Assembly: GCF_035594765.1 (NCBI RefSeq)
Contig: NC_085841.1
Span: 353,409,402-353,473,401, forward strand
DNA from: Anolis carolinensis
Lineage: Eukaryota
DNA: 64,000 bases
Direction: 5' to 3'
Positions 1 to 41,803 of this stretch are shown here, piece by piece; position 1 is the stretch's first letter, and every line of letters begins with the position of its first letter. The notes beneath the pieces were generated by a model that was not told the origin of the DNA, searched no databases, and saw only the letters and a program-made list of their open reading frames with translations. Both the position numbers and the translations under genes were made by a program.

Positions 1-45
1 TTCCCTTTCAGGAAACTGCTGAACAGCTGGCATAACTCAAGTCAC

Positions 46-249
46 CTGGTTCTCTTGCACTAGGCTGCCGAAGTTTCCCATCCAGTCCAATTAACATTTG
101 TCCGTTGCATTTGTGCTGAGAACAAGCTTCTGGCTTGTCTGTAAGTGGTTCTGGTAACTCTGCTTTTACACATGCGCCTGCTGTGCTCCCAATGCATGGA
201 TTCTCCATATATGTTTGGGCACCTCGGAAGAGAAGCTGTTTTGTTTTTT
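46..249 (-). CDS. SIVA1: SIVA1 coding exon 2 (204 nt); later exons lie beyond the left edge
   Basis: Acceptor ttcTGCAG|AA. Encodes EKTKQLLFRGAQTYM...GQMLIGLDGKLRQPSAREP (human EKTKRLLFLGAQAYL...GQMLIGPDGRL). Donor CAG|GTGACT is weaker than consensus, so that boundary is slightly less certain. Confidence 0.9.
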
Positions 250-324
250 CTGCAGAACAAGGAAAGAAAAGTATAGGTTTGAATGTCATTGATGGTGGTC
301 TGAATTAACATCCAGTCCATAGAG

Positions 325-453
325 CAGGTATGGGCAAAACACTCTCCAGGTGTTTTGGACTTCAATCCCACATTCCTAACAGTTAATAGGCTGTTAGGAA
401 TTGTGGGAGTTGAAGTCCAAAACACCTGGAGGGCTGAAGTTTGCCCATGCCTG
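325..453. mobile_element. Palindromic hAT MITE; relatives at 3742-3851, about 46140-46257 and about 48546-48735
   Basis: TIR CAGG(C/T)ATGGGCAAA; perfect 8-bp TSD CCATAGAG at 317-324 / 454-461. Confidence 0.9.
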
Positions 454-548
454 CCATAGAGTAACAGCAATGAATTTAGCATTTTCTTAGAAGCACGCCT
501 GCACAAAGTTACAACAATCCTGTAGCCAGTAAGAACGTTTCAGAATTC

Positions 549-1055
549 TACTTGGAATACTGTGTCCACTTCTGGGCATCACAGTTCAAAAAGGACATAC
601 TGACCAGCTGGAGAAGAATGACCCAAATGATCAAATATATTGACCAGCTGGAGAAGGACGACCCAAATGATCTGGAAGCAAAGCCCTGTGAGGAGTGTCT
701 TAAAGAGCTGGGCATATTCAGCTTGGAGAAGCAAAAATTAAGAGGCGCCATGAGAGCCATGTTTAAATATTGAAAAGATTACATGTTGAGTAGAGTGCAG
801 GCCTGTTTTCTGCTGCTTTGGAGATTAGGGCATGGAGTGATGGAGGCAAACTACAGGAAAAGATATTCCACCTAAACCTGAGGAAGAAGTTCCTGATGGT
901 AATAGCTATTCAGCAGTGAAATATGCTTCCTTTGTCAGAATGTGGAGTCTCCTTCTCTGAAGGTTTTTTAGGCAGAGGTCAGATGGAGATCTATCAGGAA
1001 TGCTTTGATTGTGTACGGATGCATGGCAGGGTGTTGGACTGGATGGTGTCTTCTG
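549..1055 (+). mobile_element. CR1 LINE 3' fragment; others at about 38820-39030 and 63870-64000
   Basis: LEYCVHFWASQFKKDI and ELGIFSLEKQKLRG CR1 C-terminal motifs plus CR1 3' UTR. Confidence 0.85.
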
Positions 1056-1351
1056 AGGGCCCTTCCACACAGCCATATAATCCAGAATATCGAATCAGAT
1101 AATCCACAATATCCATATAATCCAATGTGGATTTTATACAGCTGTATGGAAGGGGCCCTAGTCTTATGATTCTGAGAAAATGGGTGGCATCTTACTCTCT
1201 GTGTGTATATACTGCACACACCTTGCACTAGCCCTTTGATTTCACAGAATCGTAGATTTGACAGAGACCACATGGGCCATCTAGTCCAACTTCCTGCCAA
1301 GCAGGAAAAGCACAAAGTATCCCTGACAAATGGCCACTTTCACACACATAT

Positions 1352-1681
1352 AGTAAAGATAAAGGTTTTCCCCTGACATTAAGTTCAGTCATGTCTGACT
1401 CTGGGGACAGGTGCTCATCTCCATTTCTAAGCCAAAGAGCCGGTGTTGTCCGTAGACACCTCCAAGTCATGTGGCCAGTATGACTACATGGACTGCCGTT
1501 ACCTTCCCGCCGGAGCAGTACCTATTGATCTACTCACATTTGCATGTTGTCGAACTGCTAAATTGGCAGAAGCTGGGGCTAACAGCGGCAACTCACCATG
1601 CTCCCCGGATTCGAACTGCCGACCTTTCGGCCAGCAAGTTCAGCAACTCAGCTGTTTAACCAGCTGCGCCATTGGGGACTC
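1352..1681 (-). mobile_element. Sauria SINE (SIVA1 intron 1)
   Basis: tRNA-like head with B-box at the right end and (ACCTTT)n-type tail at the left; three homologous copies in the window. Confidence 0.88.
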
Positions 1682-2557
1682 ATACACACATATCCATGAA
1701 CTACACAGGGATTATTTTTTATTATTTATGGCTCCCAAACATACATGAACACATATACAGTTCATATACATATACATGAACTGTAATTATATACATGTTT
1801 TTAAGGTTTTTATAATGTGTTTTAACTATGTTATTAATGGATCTACCTCTTCCCATTTTGAAATATTCTGCACTTTGGCCCAGATCCGTGTATTAGTCTC
1901 CTGTTTTTAACATTTTATGCTGTATGTTGATTTTTATGACTGTTTTATTGATGCTGATGTTTTATTGTTGGGATATTTGTTTTATTGTCTTGTTGCTGTT
2001 ATTATATTGTTGTGTCGGGCAAGGCCCCATGTAAGCCGCCTCGAGTCCCTTCGGGGAGATGGGGCGGAGTATAAAAATAAAGTTATTATATTATTATTAT
2101 TGTTTTGCTTTTATGATTGCATTTTTGGGCATTAAATGTTGCCAATTTTTGTAAGCAGCCCTGAGTCCCCTTGGGTGAGAAGGGTGGGGTATAAATGTTG
2201 TTAATAAATCAATAAATATGTCTTCATGTATGTTTGGGAACAATAAATAGCAAATAATCTTTATTTAATATCCCAAACAAATCCACCAATCTGTGGCCAA
2301 TGGAATGCTGGGAGTTGAAGTCCCAAACACTCGTGCCTTCAGCAACCTCAGAGGCCTCCCCACGATGTTGCCATGGCAATTAAACTGGAATAAAAACGAC
2401 ACAATTGTGTAAGGTACGAGGGACCACCCCTCCTAACTAAACCCACTTGGAAGAGCTCTATCTCACAAAATATTGGAGAGAAAACCCTCAAGTCTCGCGA
2501 GACTCGACCAAAGTTTCGTGCACCCGTGAAGCCCCTCAGGAGCGTTGCTGCCCTCAC

Positions 2558-2675
2558 CAAAGATGGCTCGCCGGTACTGCTCGCCCAGGACGCCTTGGCT
2601 CAACTCCTTCAGCCTCACGCGGGTCTTCAGCTGCGCCGGGGCCGGGTCTCCGAACGGGCAAGAGCGCTTCGGCAT
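2558..2675 (-). CDS. SIVA1: SIVA1 apoptosis-inducing factor, coding exon 1 (118 nt)
   Basis: ATG at 2675. Encodes [39 protein letters not shown], matching the recalled human N-terminus [20 protein letters not shown]. Donor G|GTGAG, phase 1, in a CpG-rich island. Confidence 0.95.
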
Positions 2676-2689
2676 CACTTCGCACGCCC

Positions 2690-3060
2690 CTCCCTCGCAC
2701 AGTCACTCACGCACTCCAAAGTTACCCGGATGTGGACTCTGGCCTTTCTCTCGCTGCTCCCGAAGCAACCAAACTCATCGCCTGTCTCCCGCCCGTTTTC
2801 TAACCCACTTGGTATGACGTCACTTAGACACCCGCCAATCGCGTAAGGGAGTAATTAAGAAAAAAAAGGGCGGATCGGAACGTTGGAGCCATTTTCGTTC
2901 GCACTTGTGGGCGGGGACAATACCAAGCGGCGAAGCCGATTGGAGGGGTGATTGTTAAAGTGACAGGACGTTTTCTTTCTCGGAGGGGAGACCTCCTGTG
3001 GGCGGGGACAACACCTAGAGGCGAAGCTGATTGGCGGACGCGTTAAAGTGATAGACACAC
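2690..3060 (-). promoter_or_regulatory. SIVA1: SIVA1 CpG-island promoter / 5' UTR
   Basis: Full CRE TGACGTCA 2815-2822, CCAAT 2835-2839, YY1-like GCCATTTT 2888-2895, and duplicated GC-box + CCAAT modules starting at 2906 and 2997. No TATA box. Confidence 0.75.
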
Positions 3061-3141
3061 TTCATTTGTTAGGAATGTTTTGCTCAGCAGGAAATCCTCG
3101 ATTTGGGCAACAGCTTGGTTTGTTAAGTCTACTTATACATA

Positions 3142-3464
3142 CAGTAGAGTCTCACTTATTCAATACTCGCTTATCCAACATTCTGGATTATCCAACGCAT
3201 TTTTGTAGTCAATGTTTTTAATACATCGTGATATTTTGGTGCTAAATTAGTAAATACAGTAATTACTACATAGCATTACTGCGTATTGAACAACCTTTTC
3301 TGTCAAATTTGTTGTATAACATGATGTTCTGGTGCTTAATTTGTAAAATCATAACCTAATTTGATGTTTAATAGGCTTTTCCTTAATGCCTCCTTATTAT
3401 CCAACATATTCGCTTATCCAACATTCTGCCGGCCCGTTTATGTTGGATAAGTGAGACTCTACTG
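3142..3464. mobile_element. 323-bp Tc1/mariner-type MITE
   Basis: TIR CAGTAGAGTCTCACTTAT..., TA TSD. Confidence 0.9.
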
Positions 3465-5201
3465 TAATTCACAAAATGTGCAAGTTTTGTAATTCTCCAG
3501 AACTCTTCATCAACATAAGCCAGAAGTTTTGGGGTGCGTCACTGTCAGATTAATGTGATTTAACACTTTAACTGCAATGGCTCAGCGGTAGGTAATCATG
3601 GGAGTTGTAGTTTGGTGAGGCCTCAGCACTCTTTGGCAGAGAAGGCTAAAGACCTTGTAAAGCTACGGCTCCCAGGACTCTATAGCATTGAGCCATGGCA
3701 GTTAAAGTGGGATCAAACTGTGTTGATTCAACAGTGTAGATCAGTCATAGGCTTAAGCGGCTGAGGGGGAAAAGGAAGGGGCCTGAGGCTGTTAAGAATT
3801 GTGGGAGTTGAAGTCCAAAACACCTGGAGGGACCAAGTTTGCCCATGCCTAGTGTAGATACAGCATTTGACAAATATTTGAAATTACTGGAATGATTAGG
3901 CATCACAAGAGACAAAGGCACTTAAGGTATTTCCTGTTGAAATATAACTGCCAATAAGACAATATTGTTTAGGAAATATGTTTGAAATTGAGCAGCGTAA
4001 GTCACTTTTGTCACTGCTTTAAAAATCTAGAGCAGACATCCAAGGCAGGCAAACACTGTCAGCAAGACCTTCTGATGGAAATGCTGGAGATGCAGATTTA
4101 CAACACTTCTTCCTTAATTGGTTCCCAATCTTAGCAACATCTGCTGCTTTGTGGGTTTTCTTCCATCTTGTGGGCTAAACATTTACAACAGCAGCAACAA
4201 ACCATTTTGTCTGCAGCCATGTTTCTGATGTGCTGTCAGGACTCCTGATCCATTGACGCATTTGCCATTTATAGTCTCTGTGATTTTTGGAAGCAGTTTT
4301 CAACCTGTTCTCAACAAAGCTATGAGTTAAGCAGTGGATCTTAGCTTTTAGGGACTCTTGAAATATTATTTATTCCATTTTTTGTTTTACTGTCCAACTT
4401 GATTCATGTTCTCATAAAATGTGTTGAACCCAATACTGTCTTTCAAAAAGAAATGGACTTTGGCAGAAATTCTGAAACGCAGTCCAAGGATATGAGTATG
4501 GATCAATTTCCTATGTACACTGTGGCAATGGAGCAGCAAGTCTAAAGAGTTGCAGCCAGGTTGCTCACTGGGGCTGGCTGCTAGTCTGTTTACGGGCACA
4601 ATTCAAAGTGCTGGTTATGACCTTTAAAAGCCCTAGACCAGTGGTTCTCAACCTGTGGGTCCCTAGATGTTTTGGCCTTCAACTCCCAGAAATCCTAATG
4701 GCTGGTAAAATGGATGGGATTTATGGGAATTATAGGCCAAAACACCTGAGGAGCCACAAGTTGAGAACCACTGCCCCAGACAGTTCAGGTCCAGGCAACC
4801 ACATCCACTTGTACAAACTTGCCTGGGCCCTGAGATCTTCAGGAGAGGCCCTTCTCTCGGTCCTACCTTCATCTCAAACACAATAGGTGAGAACGAGAGA
4901 GCGGGCCTTCCTTCTCGGTGGCTGCCCTTAGACTCTGGAACTCCCTTCCCAGAGAAGCCAGAATGGCTCCTTTCATGCTGTCCTTCCAGCAACAGTTAAA
5001 ACCTTTTTATTCAGGCCGGCTTTTAAATAAGGTTTTTAATATCGTCAGGGGCTGCTGTGATTTTATTGTGAGCTGCTTTAGTCTCCGTATGAAGAGAAAA
5101 AGCGGGATAGAAATAAACATCATAATAAATAAAAATACATCACATAAATACACAAAGAAGAACTCAAGGGACCAAATTTTATACTCCCTGTCTTGTAAGG
5201 C

Positions 5202-5207
5202 TTTATT
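5202..5207 (-). terminator. ADSS1: Candidate distal poly(A) signal of ADSS1
   Basis: Minus strand reads TTGTACATTAGTTTTCTTTGCTT-AATAAA (UGUA and U-rich upstream elements), at the end of a repeat-poor 4-kb stretch. Confidence 0.4.
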
Positions 5208-8200
5208 AAGCAAAGAAAACTAATGTACAATAAGAGGATACAGCTTCATTTACAGTATACAAAAATAATCAAGAACACACTTTTGGTGGATTTAGTGACC
5301 TGTGTACTCCCAGCTGTATCAGTGTGAGAGCAATGTAAATGTTAGACACAAAACATGACTTTTCAAACTGAACTCTTTTCATGATTTATTACTTGTTCAG
5401 TTTCTGGCCATGCTGTTCCCCACATTAATTCAACTGTCATTTGAATTTCAGATTATCAATATTGCCTTTAACCTGTGTGTAGAGCAAAGTGATACTAAAT
5501 GGTTATAACCAAATTCCAACTGAAGATTCAATACATTAATTAACAAGTAACATTCCAGAGAGCAACATGCAGTGTTCACATCAAACACATCTTATTCAAG
5601 TCTGTATCACTGAGTGGGTTGCAATATAAATTCTCTAATTATGAATCTCAGTGCTTTTACTTTGTGAGAATAGAGATTTCTATAAGAATAAAGCCAACAA
5701 TTCAATAAAAATACTGTATAAATATCATCTAACAGAATAGGTTACAGAAATGTTCAACTGTTATTTAGTGCCAGCTAAAAGTCCTGATGTCACTGGATAT
5801 GCTCCAACAGAAAGCCCTCATTTTCTGTAACAAAATGAGTGGGAAGTATTCTTGATCATCACCCTATTCATTTTACTGGTGCTATAACTGGAACATTTCC
5901 CAGTAAATTGCAATACTGCTGGTTAAGATGCTCAACAGCCGTTGCTTTGAACAGAATGTATGCAGTTTACATTGACTGAGTAGTAGTTGTAAAAGGGCTT
6001 TGAATAAAATGGCCATGAGGCAGGGGTGGATATGTATTTGGGCAAAAACACAACAAAAAACCCCTCCACCTTTCACAAGACATACATGACATTTCAAATA
6101 AAGCTAGGTTTGTTTACAAAGCACAGAATGGAAGTCAGAACTTCTTAATGTCCTGAATGCATTCTTAGTATATTGAGGATAAAGGCCACATTGGTGAATT
6201 TTGCTCAAGTGCTAATGTGCTGAGGCACAGATGGCCAAAGAGAGGGATTCCCAAGTCATTTCCAGCAGGACTGGAGCCCACCAGAAACACAAATATATTG
6301 GCAGTGGTCGTGGTAAGAAGTGATCTATAGAACATTAAAAATCTCCAGTGTAATAAAAGACTGTGATCTCAACAGGATTGTCCGAAAAACCTCCTTGCTG
6401 CCTTCCTGAGAGCTCTTATAGAATTATGTGGCACTTTGAATACATTTCAAATATTGCAAGTTTGGTCTATAGCCTACTCTAGTTGTACAGTGTATCTGAG
6501 ACACTATTAGATTCATGTTACTGTTGGCAACTCTGAGGCATTGGTCAAAGAAAAGAATAGATGGGTGTCTGCTTAACTTACAGGACTTTTTAGTCCTCAA
6601 TGAAGCATAAGGGAATACATACTTTTGAAAGCAAAATGCTTTCAGGAGTGCTTTGATTGCATATTTCTGCATAGCAAGGGGTTGGATTGGATGGCCCCTG
6701 TGATCTCTTTTTATCTTTTAACTCTATGATTTTAAAACATCTGAAATATTTGTTGTCTGTACAAAAAAAAAACCCTGCCTTGCATAAAATTAACACCCCT
6801 GCCTTTATCCATATACATGGAAATTTTAGGTATACAAAACTTGCTTCTCAGCATTTTAGGCAGTGAAGTTTTGTGTATAAGCTGCCATGACACTATGAAA
6901 ACAGTAGTTCATATACTCCTCAAAGAGGTGCGTGTCTGTGAAGCTTATTGCTGTTTTCCAAACACTAAATTGTTACAAATAAGACTGCCATTGTTCACAT
7001 ACAGTGTGAAAATATTGGCAGTATGCACAGTTTATTGGCATTATGCTGATCACTTTAACTCTACATGGGAAATGGGGGGAAGGGATGAGAGTCTTAATTA
7101 TACAGTATCGATCAAGTGGGGGGGGGGGGGGGAGGGAGATTTCATCTGTGCCAAAAGTCAAATGCTGAAAATCACTATAAAATTCTAAAGACCATTCCTG
7201 ATAATCAGCATTTTTTTTCAAGATAGTGCATAAAAGAACTGCACAATGACTTTAATCATTTTCTTCCTGGCACAAGAAGGGTCTTACATAAAGTTCTGCA
7301 TTGTAAGAATTAAGTTGGGCACTACAATACAGTACCTGGCAGGTACATGAGGAGTACAAGGAAGAATGTCACATTGTTTGTACTTCTTAACTCATGTGCC
7401 AGTCCAGTTCATGTCCAGAATGGTGCATGACCAGAGATTACTCTAAAACCAATGGTAATTGTGGTCCTATTACCAACTGGCGGAGGATGCATTGGTGACA
7501 GACAGTACTAAAACAATGGTACTTTTCTCTTTTGACAGTTCTGTTTCCTGGAATGTTTGCCTACTTCTACTTTGATACTATCTTTAGTATATAAGTAGTG
7601 GCAAACTGCCCACATGCACCTTTGATTTCAACTTTGTGTTTCAGTGCTCCATGACAGTCTCATGCTCCTAGCTCCATTGTTGGCATTTCAAACAGGAAAA
7701 TTAAGGCTAGAAACAACAGTTATATGTTGTTGTACTCTTTTCATCACAAAGATAACAACCTCAAGAATTACTATTATCTTGTGGTGTTATCTTCTCAGTG
7801 ATGGGATTGTGTTTGTGGGTATTATGCAATGTATTTTAAAAACAACACTTTTCAAAGTGGTTTGGTGATAGTGCTTCAACAGCTGGCTGCCAGTATACAC
7901 TTTTCAAGAAACTACTATGGGCATAACTATGTTATGGGCATATGACAATAAACTGCTAATCCTCACATTGGACAACATGAGAAACACTGCTTTAAAGCCT
8001 TGCTAGAGTATAGCAGCACTCTAAAATGACAGATAACTGCATTAGTTTATAGGGAGTAGAACTCTATATTTTTTATTCTTAGAAGGCTGATGGAGCAACC
8101 ATAGCATTTCTTCTTATAGTCTACTCAAAGGCTAAGTGGAACAGTGATAAAGTAACAACTGCAAAAGAAAAATGTCTCTCTGGAAGATTAAAAATCTAAA

Positions 8201-8504
8201 GATCTATAAAGATTGCAACCAAGGATGCAGTGAAGCTACATAAAGGGTCTACTCTATACAGCAATGTATTGCAAGATGCTGTACCATCTACATTCCTTTA
8301 GGAACATTTTCTGCATCTGCTGTGTCTTTCTCCTTTTAATCTATTGCCTATTGTATAATGGAGTAAAAATGCCACTTAAGCTGCCTAGTGGGAAACAAAA
8401 GAAGGGAAACTGTTTATCCCCAACTCAGACAGCCATCTGCAGTTTGACCGCTGCCAACAAATGATTTCAACTTGTTCCTCTTCCATTTTTGGATCTGAAA
8501 ATCT

Positions 8505-8510
8505 TTTATT
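8505..8510 (-). terminator. ADSS1: Candidate proximal poly(A) signal of ADSS1
   Basis: First AATAAA I found on the minus strand after the stop codon, about 650 nt downstream. Confidence 0.45.
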
Positions 8511-8597
8511 TAAAATGTGCAGGCTTCAAAGCCACAGCCATATTTTTATAGAAATGCAATGCCCACAGCCAGTCTTAAATTTAAATACATGTTCTAG

Positions 8598-8810
8598 AGG
8601 TTGATGTGTTGGACTAGGACTCTGGGAGCCTGTAGTTCAAATCTCTACTCAGTCATAAAAAACCAGTGGGTGACCCTGGGAAACACACACTTTCTCAACC
8701 TCAGAGGAAGGCAAATGGCAAACCTTTTCTGAACAAATATTGCTAAGAAAACCCCATGATAGAGTTGCTTTAGAGTCTAAATAATCTGGAAAAGACTTGA
8801 AGGTACACAA
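8598..8810 (+). mobile_element. tRNA/CORE-type SINE in the ADSS1 3' UTR; related copies at about 28220-28450 and 60205-60420
   Basis: GTTCAAATC B-box, GGGTGACC(C/T)TGGG core and CTCAGCCTCAGAGG...GGCAAACC shared among copies. Confidence 0.65.
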
Positions 8811-9159
8811 ATATGTCATGTCACCTCTTCTTTTGCTTCCCAATACAGGAATAGGAATATGCCATTATGAGTCTCTGCAATCTGGCATACATTTTAAATT
8901 TTTAGAAAAGTTTGGAAAAAATACTTTTCACTTTTCAAATATGAACTTAAGATTCCCTTACTCCAAATCTCACTCTGATTGTTCTTATTCTGTGTTCTTG
9001 ATAATTTTTATACTTGAAAACAACAATAGAACAAGATACGCCTAATCATATTCTAGGAAGAACATTTTGATTTCAACAGAATCTTCATCTTAGCTGGGCA
9101 AAAGAAAGGAACAGATGGACACTCGACTGTGTTTCTTGGCACCAAAGTTCTTTCTGTGG

Positions 9160-38519
<29,360 letters not shown>

Positions 38520-38589
38520 GGGCGCCACAACCGACCCTGAAGAAAGACAAACTGCGATCGACTTCCGACACGAAGCGGCTCCAACGGCC

Positions 38590-38720
38590 GAGTCCGCCCT
38601 CACGCGCGCGCCCTCAACTATTTATAACAACCCGCTGGCCAATCAGCGAGGCCGAGAGCTGTGACGTAAAGCGGAGGAAAGGGAGGGGGAGGAGGGGAGG
38701 CGGTGAAGGGAATCGCCTCA
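38590..38720 (-). promoter_or_regulatory. ADSS1: ADSS1 core promoter
   Basis: TTATAAATAG (TATA box and MEF2 consensus) 38618-38627, CCAAT box 38639-38643, CRE-like TGACGTAA 38662-38669, in a CpG island. Predicted TSS about 38595. Confidence 0.75.
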
Positions 38721-39130
38721 TATTTACCTCACTCTGAGGGAAAGGAAAATGGGTGTCTCTCTAACTGGAGAATTGATGCGATTTGACACCACTTTACCCT
38801 GCCTCAAGGCTATGGAGTCCTGTATTCTGCTTTGGTTAGACCTCACCTGGAATACTGTGTCCAATTCTATTCAAAAGAGATATTGACAACCTGGAAGGCG
38901 TCCAGAGGAAGGCCACTAAAACGATCAAGGGCCTGGAAAACAAGTCCTATGAGGAACGGCATAAAGAACTGGGTCTGCTTAGTCTAAGGAAGAGAAGGTT
39001 GAGAGGGCACATGATAGCCATGTATAAATGGTCCGATTGAAGGCTGAAGCATGAGGTTTTTAGACAAATTGATCTAATTTACATATGTTTTAATTGTTAT
39101 AATGTATTTTAATGATGTATTTTTATAGTT

Positions 39131-39163
<33 letters not shown>

Positions 39164-39374
39164 TTAGTGTTAATTGATGATATGTACTGTTTTTGTTTTA
39201 TTATTATGTTCTTGGCATTAAATGTTGCCAACTGTTGTAAGCTGCCCTGAGTCCCCCCGGGTGAGAAGTGCGGGGTATAAATGCTGGAAATAAATAAATA
39301 ATAAATAAATATGTAAAAGGGTGTCATAAGGAAGAGGAGGCAGGCTTGTTTTCTGATGCCCTGGAAATTAGGCC

Positions 39375-40430
39375 TGACCTCCCCTGCAGATACCAGGACT
39401 TGCCTATTCACTGGGTTTCCCCCGGCATTCACGAATCTATTGTGTATGTTTTCCCCTTCCCCGTGGATATCAGTCTAAACTACCAATTCGTTGAGTTCCC
39501 TCCATATCCACAGGCCCTTTTGTGTGTGTGTGTGCATTTACTTATTATATTTTATGTCTTAATATAAAACTTTGGTAAAGCATGCCAGTAACCAAGTCTC
39601 TGGGATGACTTTTTGTCCTCGTTTCCAGACCTGGGAAGTTCATCCAGCATCCAGCTATCTTCCTGGGCTTCATCTACATATGAAGGACTCGAATCACCCA
39701 TCACCTTCAGGCCGGTCCATCTCTACTGGTCCTATGGACTCTCTACCGGGCAAAGGATGACAGGATCTATTTCCTGGGCCACCCATCCTTTGTCTCAGCC
39801 GCCTTGAAATTACCTTTATTCATCATAAGGCATGACCATCCAGTACTCCAGGGGGTCATGCTCCATATCCAACAATGACATTTCCCCTTTTCCAGGAACT
39901 GACCATTAATCCTATCAGCATGGACAAAATTTCTGCTTTTGGACTCGCTGGACAGCAGCTCCAGAGGCACTGGACCCATTCACTTGGGACTCACATCACT
40001 ATTATCTTGACAATAAAACCCATGGGACCTAATGGCCACCTTTGTTTGTCCCTCGGCTGGGACCTGATAATCCACTCAAGACCTTCCTTTGTCTCCCAGA
40101 CTCTCCTGCCCCTTGTCCACCATTGAAGAACAGGAATCTGCATCAAGAGCAGGGAATGTTCCCCAATGCCTCTGACATAAACAGAGCTCAGCCGGGGCAG
40201 GAGTGGGAATTTCAAAGAATTTTACTGTATAAAAATGTCTGGTTTTCACTGTTATGGCATCTCATCTTACTTTGGCAGATTACCGCAGGCTGGCATCACT
40301 TTCAGCCGATTGAATAAAATACCACACTGGCTTCTTCTTCAACTTGGTGAGATTTATTCAGGAATATTAGGCTTCTTCGTCTCACACAGACCTACAGGGC
40401 AGTCTGTTGCCAGGACCAGTAACCGTGTAT
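39375..40430 (+). mobile_element. Probable ERV/LTR-like sequence upstream of ADSS1; ends uncertain
   Basis: TATAAAAA at about 40228 followed by AATAAA at about 40312 and a U5-like tract; interrupts a CR1 relic. No clear TG..CA termini or TSD found. Confidence 0.4.
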
Positions 40431-40602
40431 CAGAATTCGGTATCCTCACTTCAAGTTTTGCTATCCGTGGCTCGGATCTCACTATTTGCGGCCATTTTAA
40501 ATTGCTCTATTTCAAGAGAAGAAAGGAAAAGGAGGGAAGAAGAAAAGGTATGAGTAGAGAGAAAGAAAGAGAAGGAAGGAAGTTATAAAGGAAAGACAGA
40601 AA

Positions 40603-40735
40603 NNNNNNNNNNNNNNNNNNNNNNNNNNNNNNNNNNNNNNNNNNNNNNNNNNNNNNNNNNNNNNNNNNNNNNNNNNNNNNNNNNNNNNNNNNNNNNNNNN
40701 NNNNNNNNNNNNNNNNNNNNNNNNNNNNNNNNNNN
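40603..40735. other. Assembly gap (133 N) in a purine-rich low-complexity tract
   Basis: Run of N. Confidence 1.
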
Positions 40736-40944
40736 AGAAAGAGCCACAAAGAGAACCTGCCCACCATTGCCATGAAGATACTGTGAGGTAGCCTTCTCAG
40801 GATGGATCTACACTGCCATATAATCCAATTTAAAGTGGATAATCTAGATGCAGAAACTGCATTATATGACAGTGTAAATGGGGCTGCAAAGAAAGGAAAA
40901 AATAAGCAGGCAGTGATTCCAATGACACTGGGACAACAACGAAG

Positions 40945-40978
<34 letters not shown>

Positions 40979-41030
40979 TAATAACAACAACAAGAACAAT
41001 ATATTTCTTTGATTCTAAGACTCACTAAGA

Positions 41031-41803
41031 AACATTAACAACCTCAGATGTGCAGTTGATACCACTTTGATGGCTGAAAGCAAGGAGGAGCTGAGGAGCC
41101 TTATATCCAAGGTGAAAGAAGAAAGTGCAAAAGCTGGGTTGCAGATAAACAGAAAAAAACCCCAAGAATATAGGCTGATTGATAACTGGCAAATAGAGGG
41201 AGAAAACGTGGAAGCAGTGGCAGACTTTGTATTTCTAGGCATGAAGATGACTGTAGACGCAGACTGCAGCCAGAAAATCAGAAGACATTTATTTCTTGGG
41301 AGGAGAGCAATGACCAATCTCAATAAAATAGTGAAAAACAGAGACATCGCACTGGCAACGAAGGTCTGCATAGTTAAAACAATGGTATTCCCAGTAGTAA
41401 CCTATGGATGCAAGAGCTGGACCATAAGTGAAGGAAGATAGACGCTTTTGAACTGTGATGTTGGAGGAAAATTCTGAGTGCCTTGGACCACGAGAAGATC
41501 CAACAAGTCCATACTCCAGGAAAGAAAGCCCGGCTGCTTACTGGAGGGAAGGATATTAGAGGCAAAGATGAAGTACTTTGGCCACATAATAAGAAGACAG
41601 GAAAGCTTAGAGAAGATAATGATGCCGGGGAAAATGAAAAAGGAAGAGGGGCCAACCAAGGGCAAGATGGGTGGATGATATCCTTGAAGTGACTGGCTTG
41701 ACCTTGAAGGAACTGAGGGTGGTGATGGCCGACAGGGAGCTCTGGCATGGGTAGGTCCATGAGGTCACAAAGAGTCAGAAGTGACTGAACGAATAAATAA
41801 CAA
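41031..41803 (+). mobile_element. RTE Bov-B LINE, 3' fragment
   Basis: NINNLRCAVDTTLMAESKEEL (decayed YADD motif), VYGCKSWTI-like and PWTTRRSNKSIL segments, Bov-B tail. TSD AAGACTCACTAAGA / AAGACTCATTTAGA. Confidence 0.9.

Noticed and set aside
601-672. 40-bp tandem duplication of TGACCAGCTGGAGAAG...
   Set aside because: A local duplication inside a decayed CR1 fragment with no functional indication.
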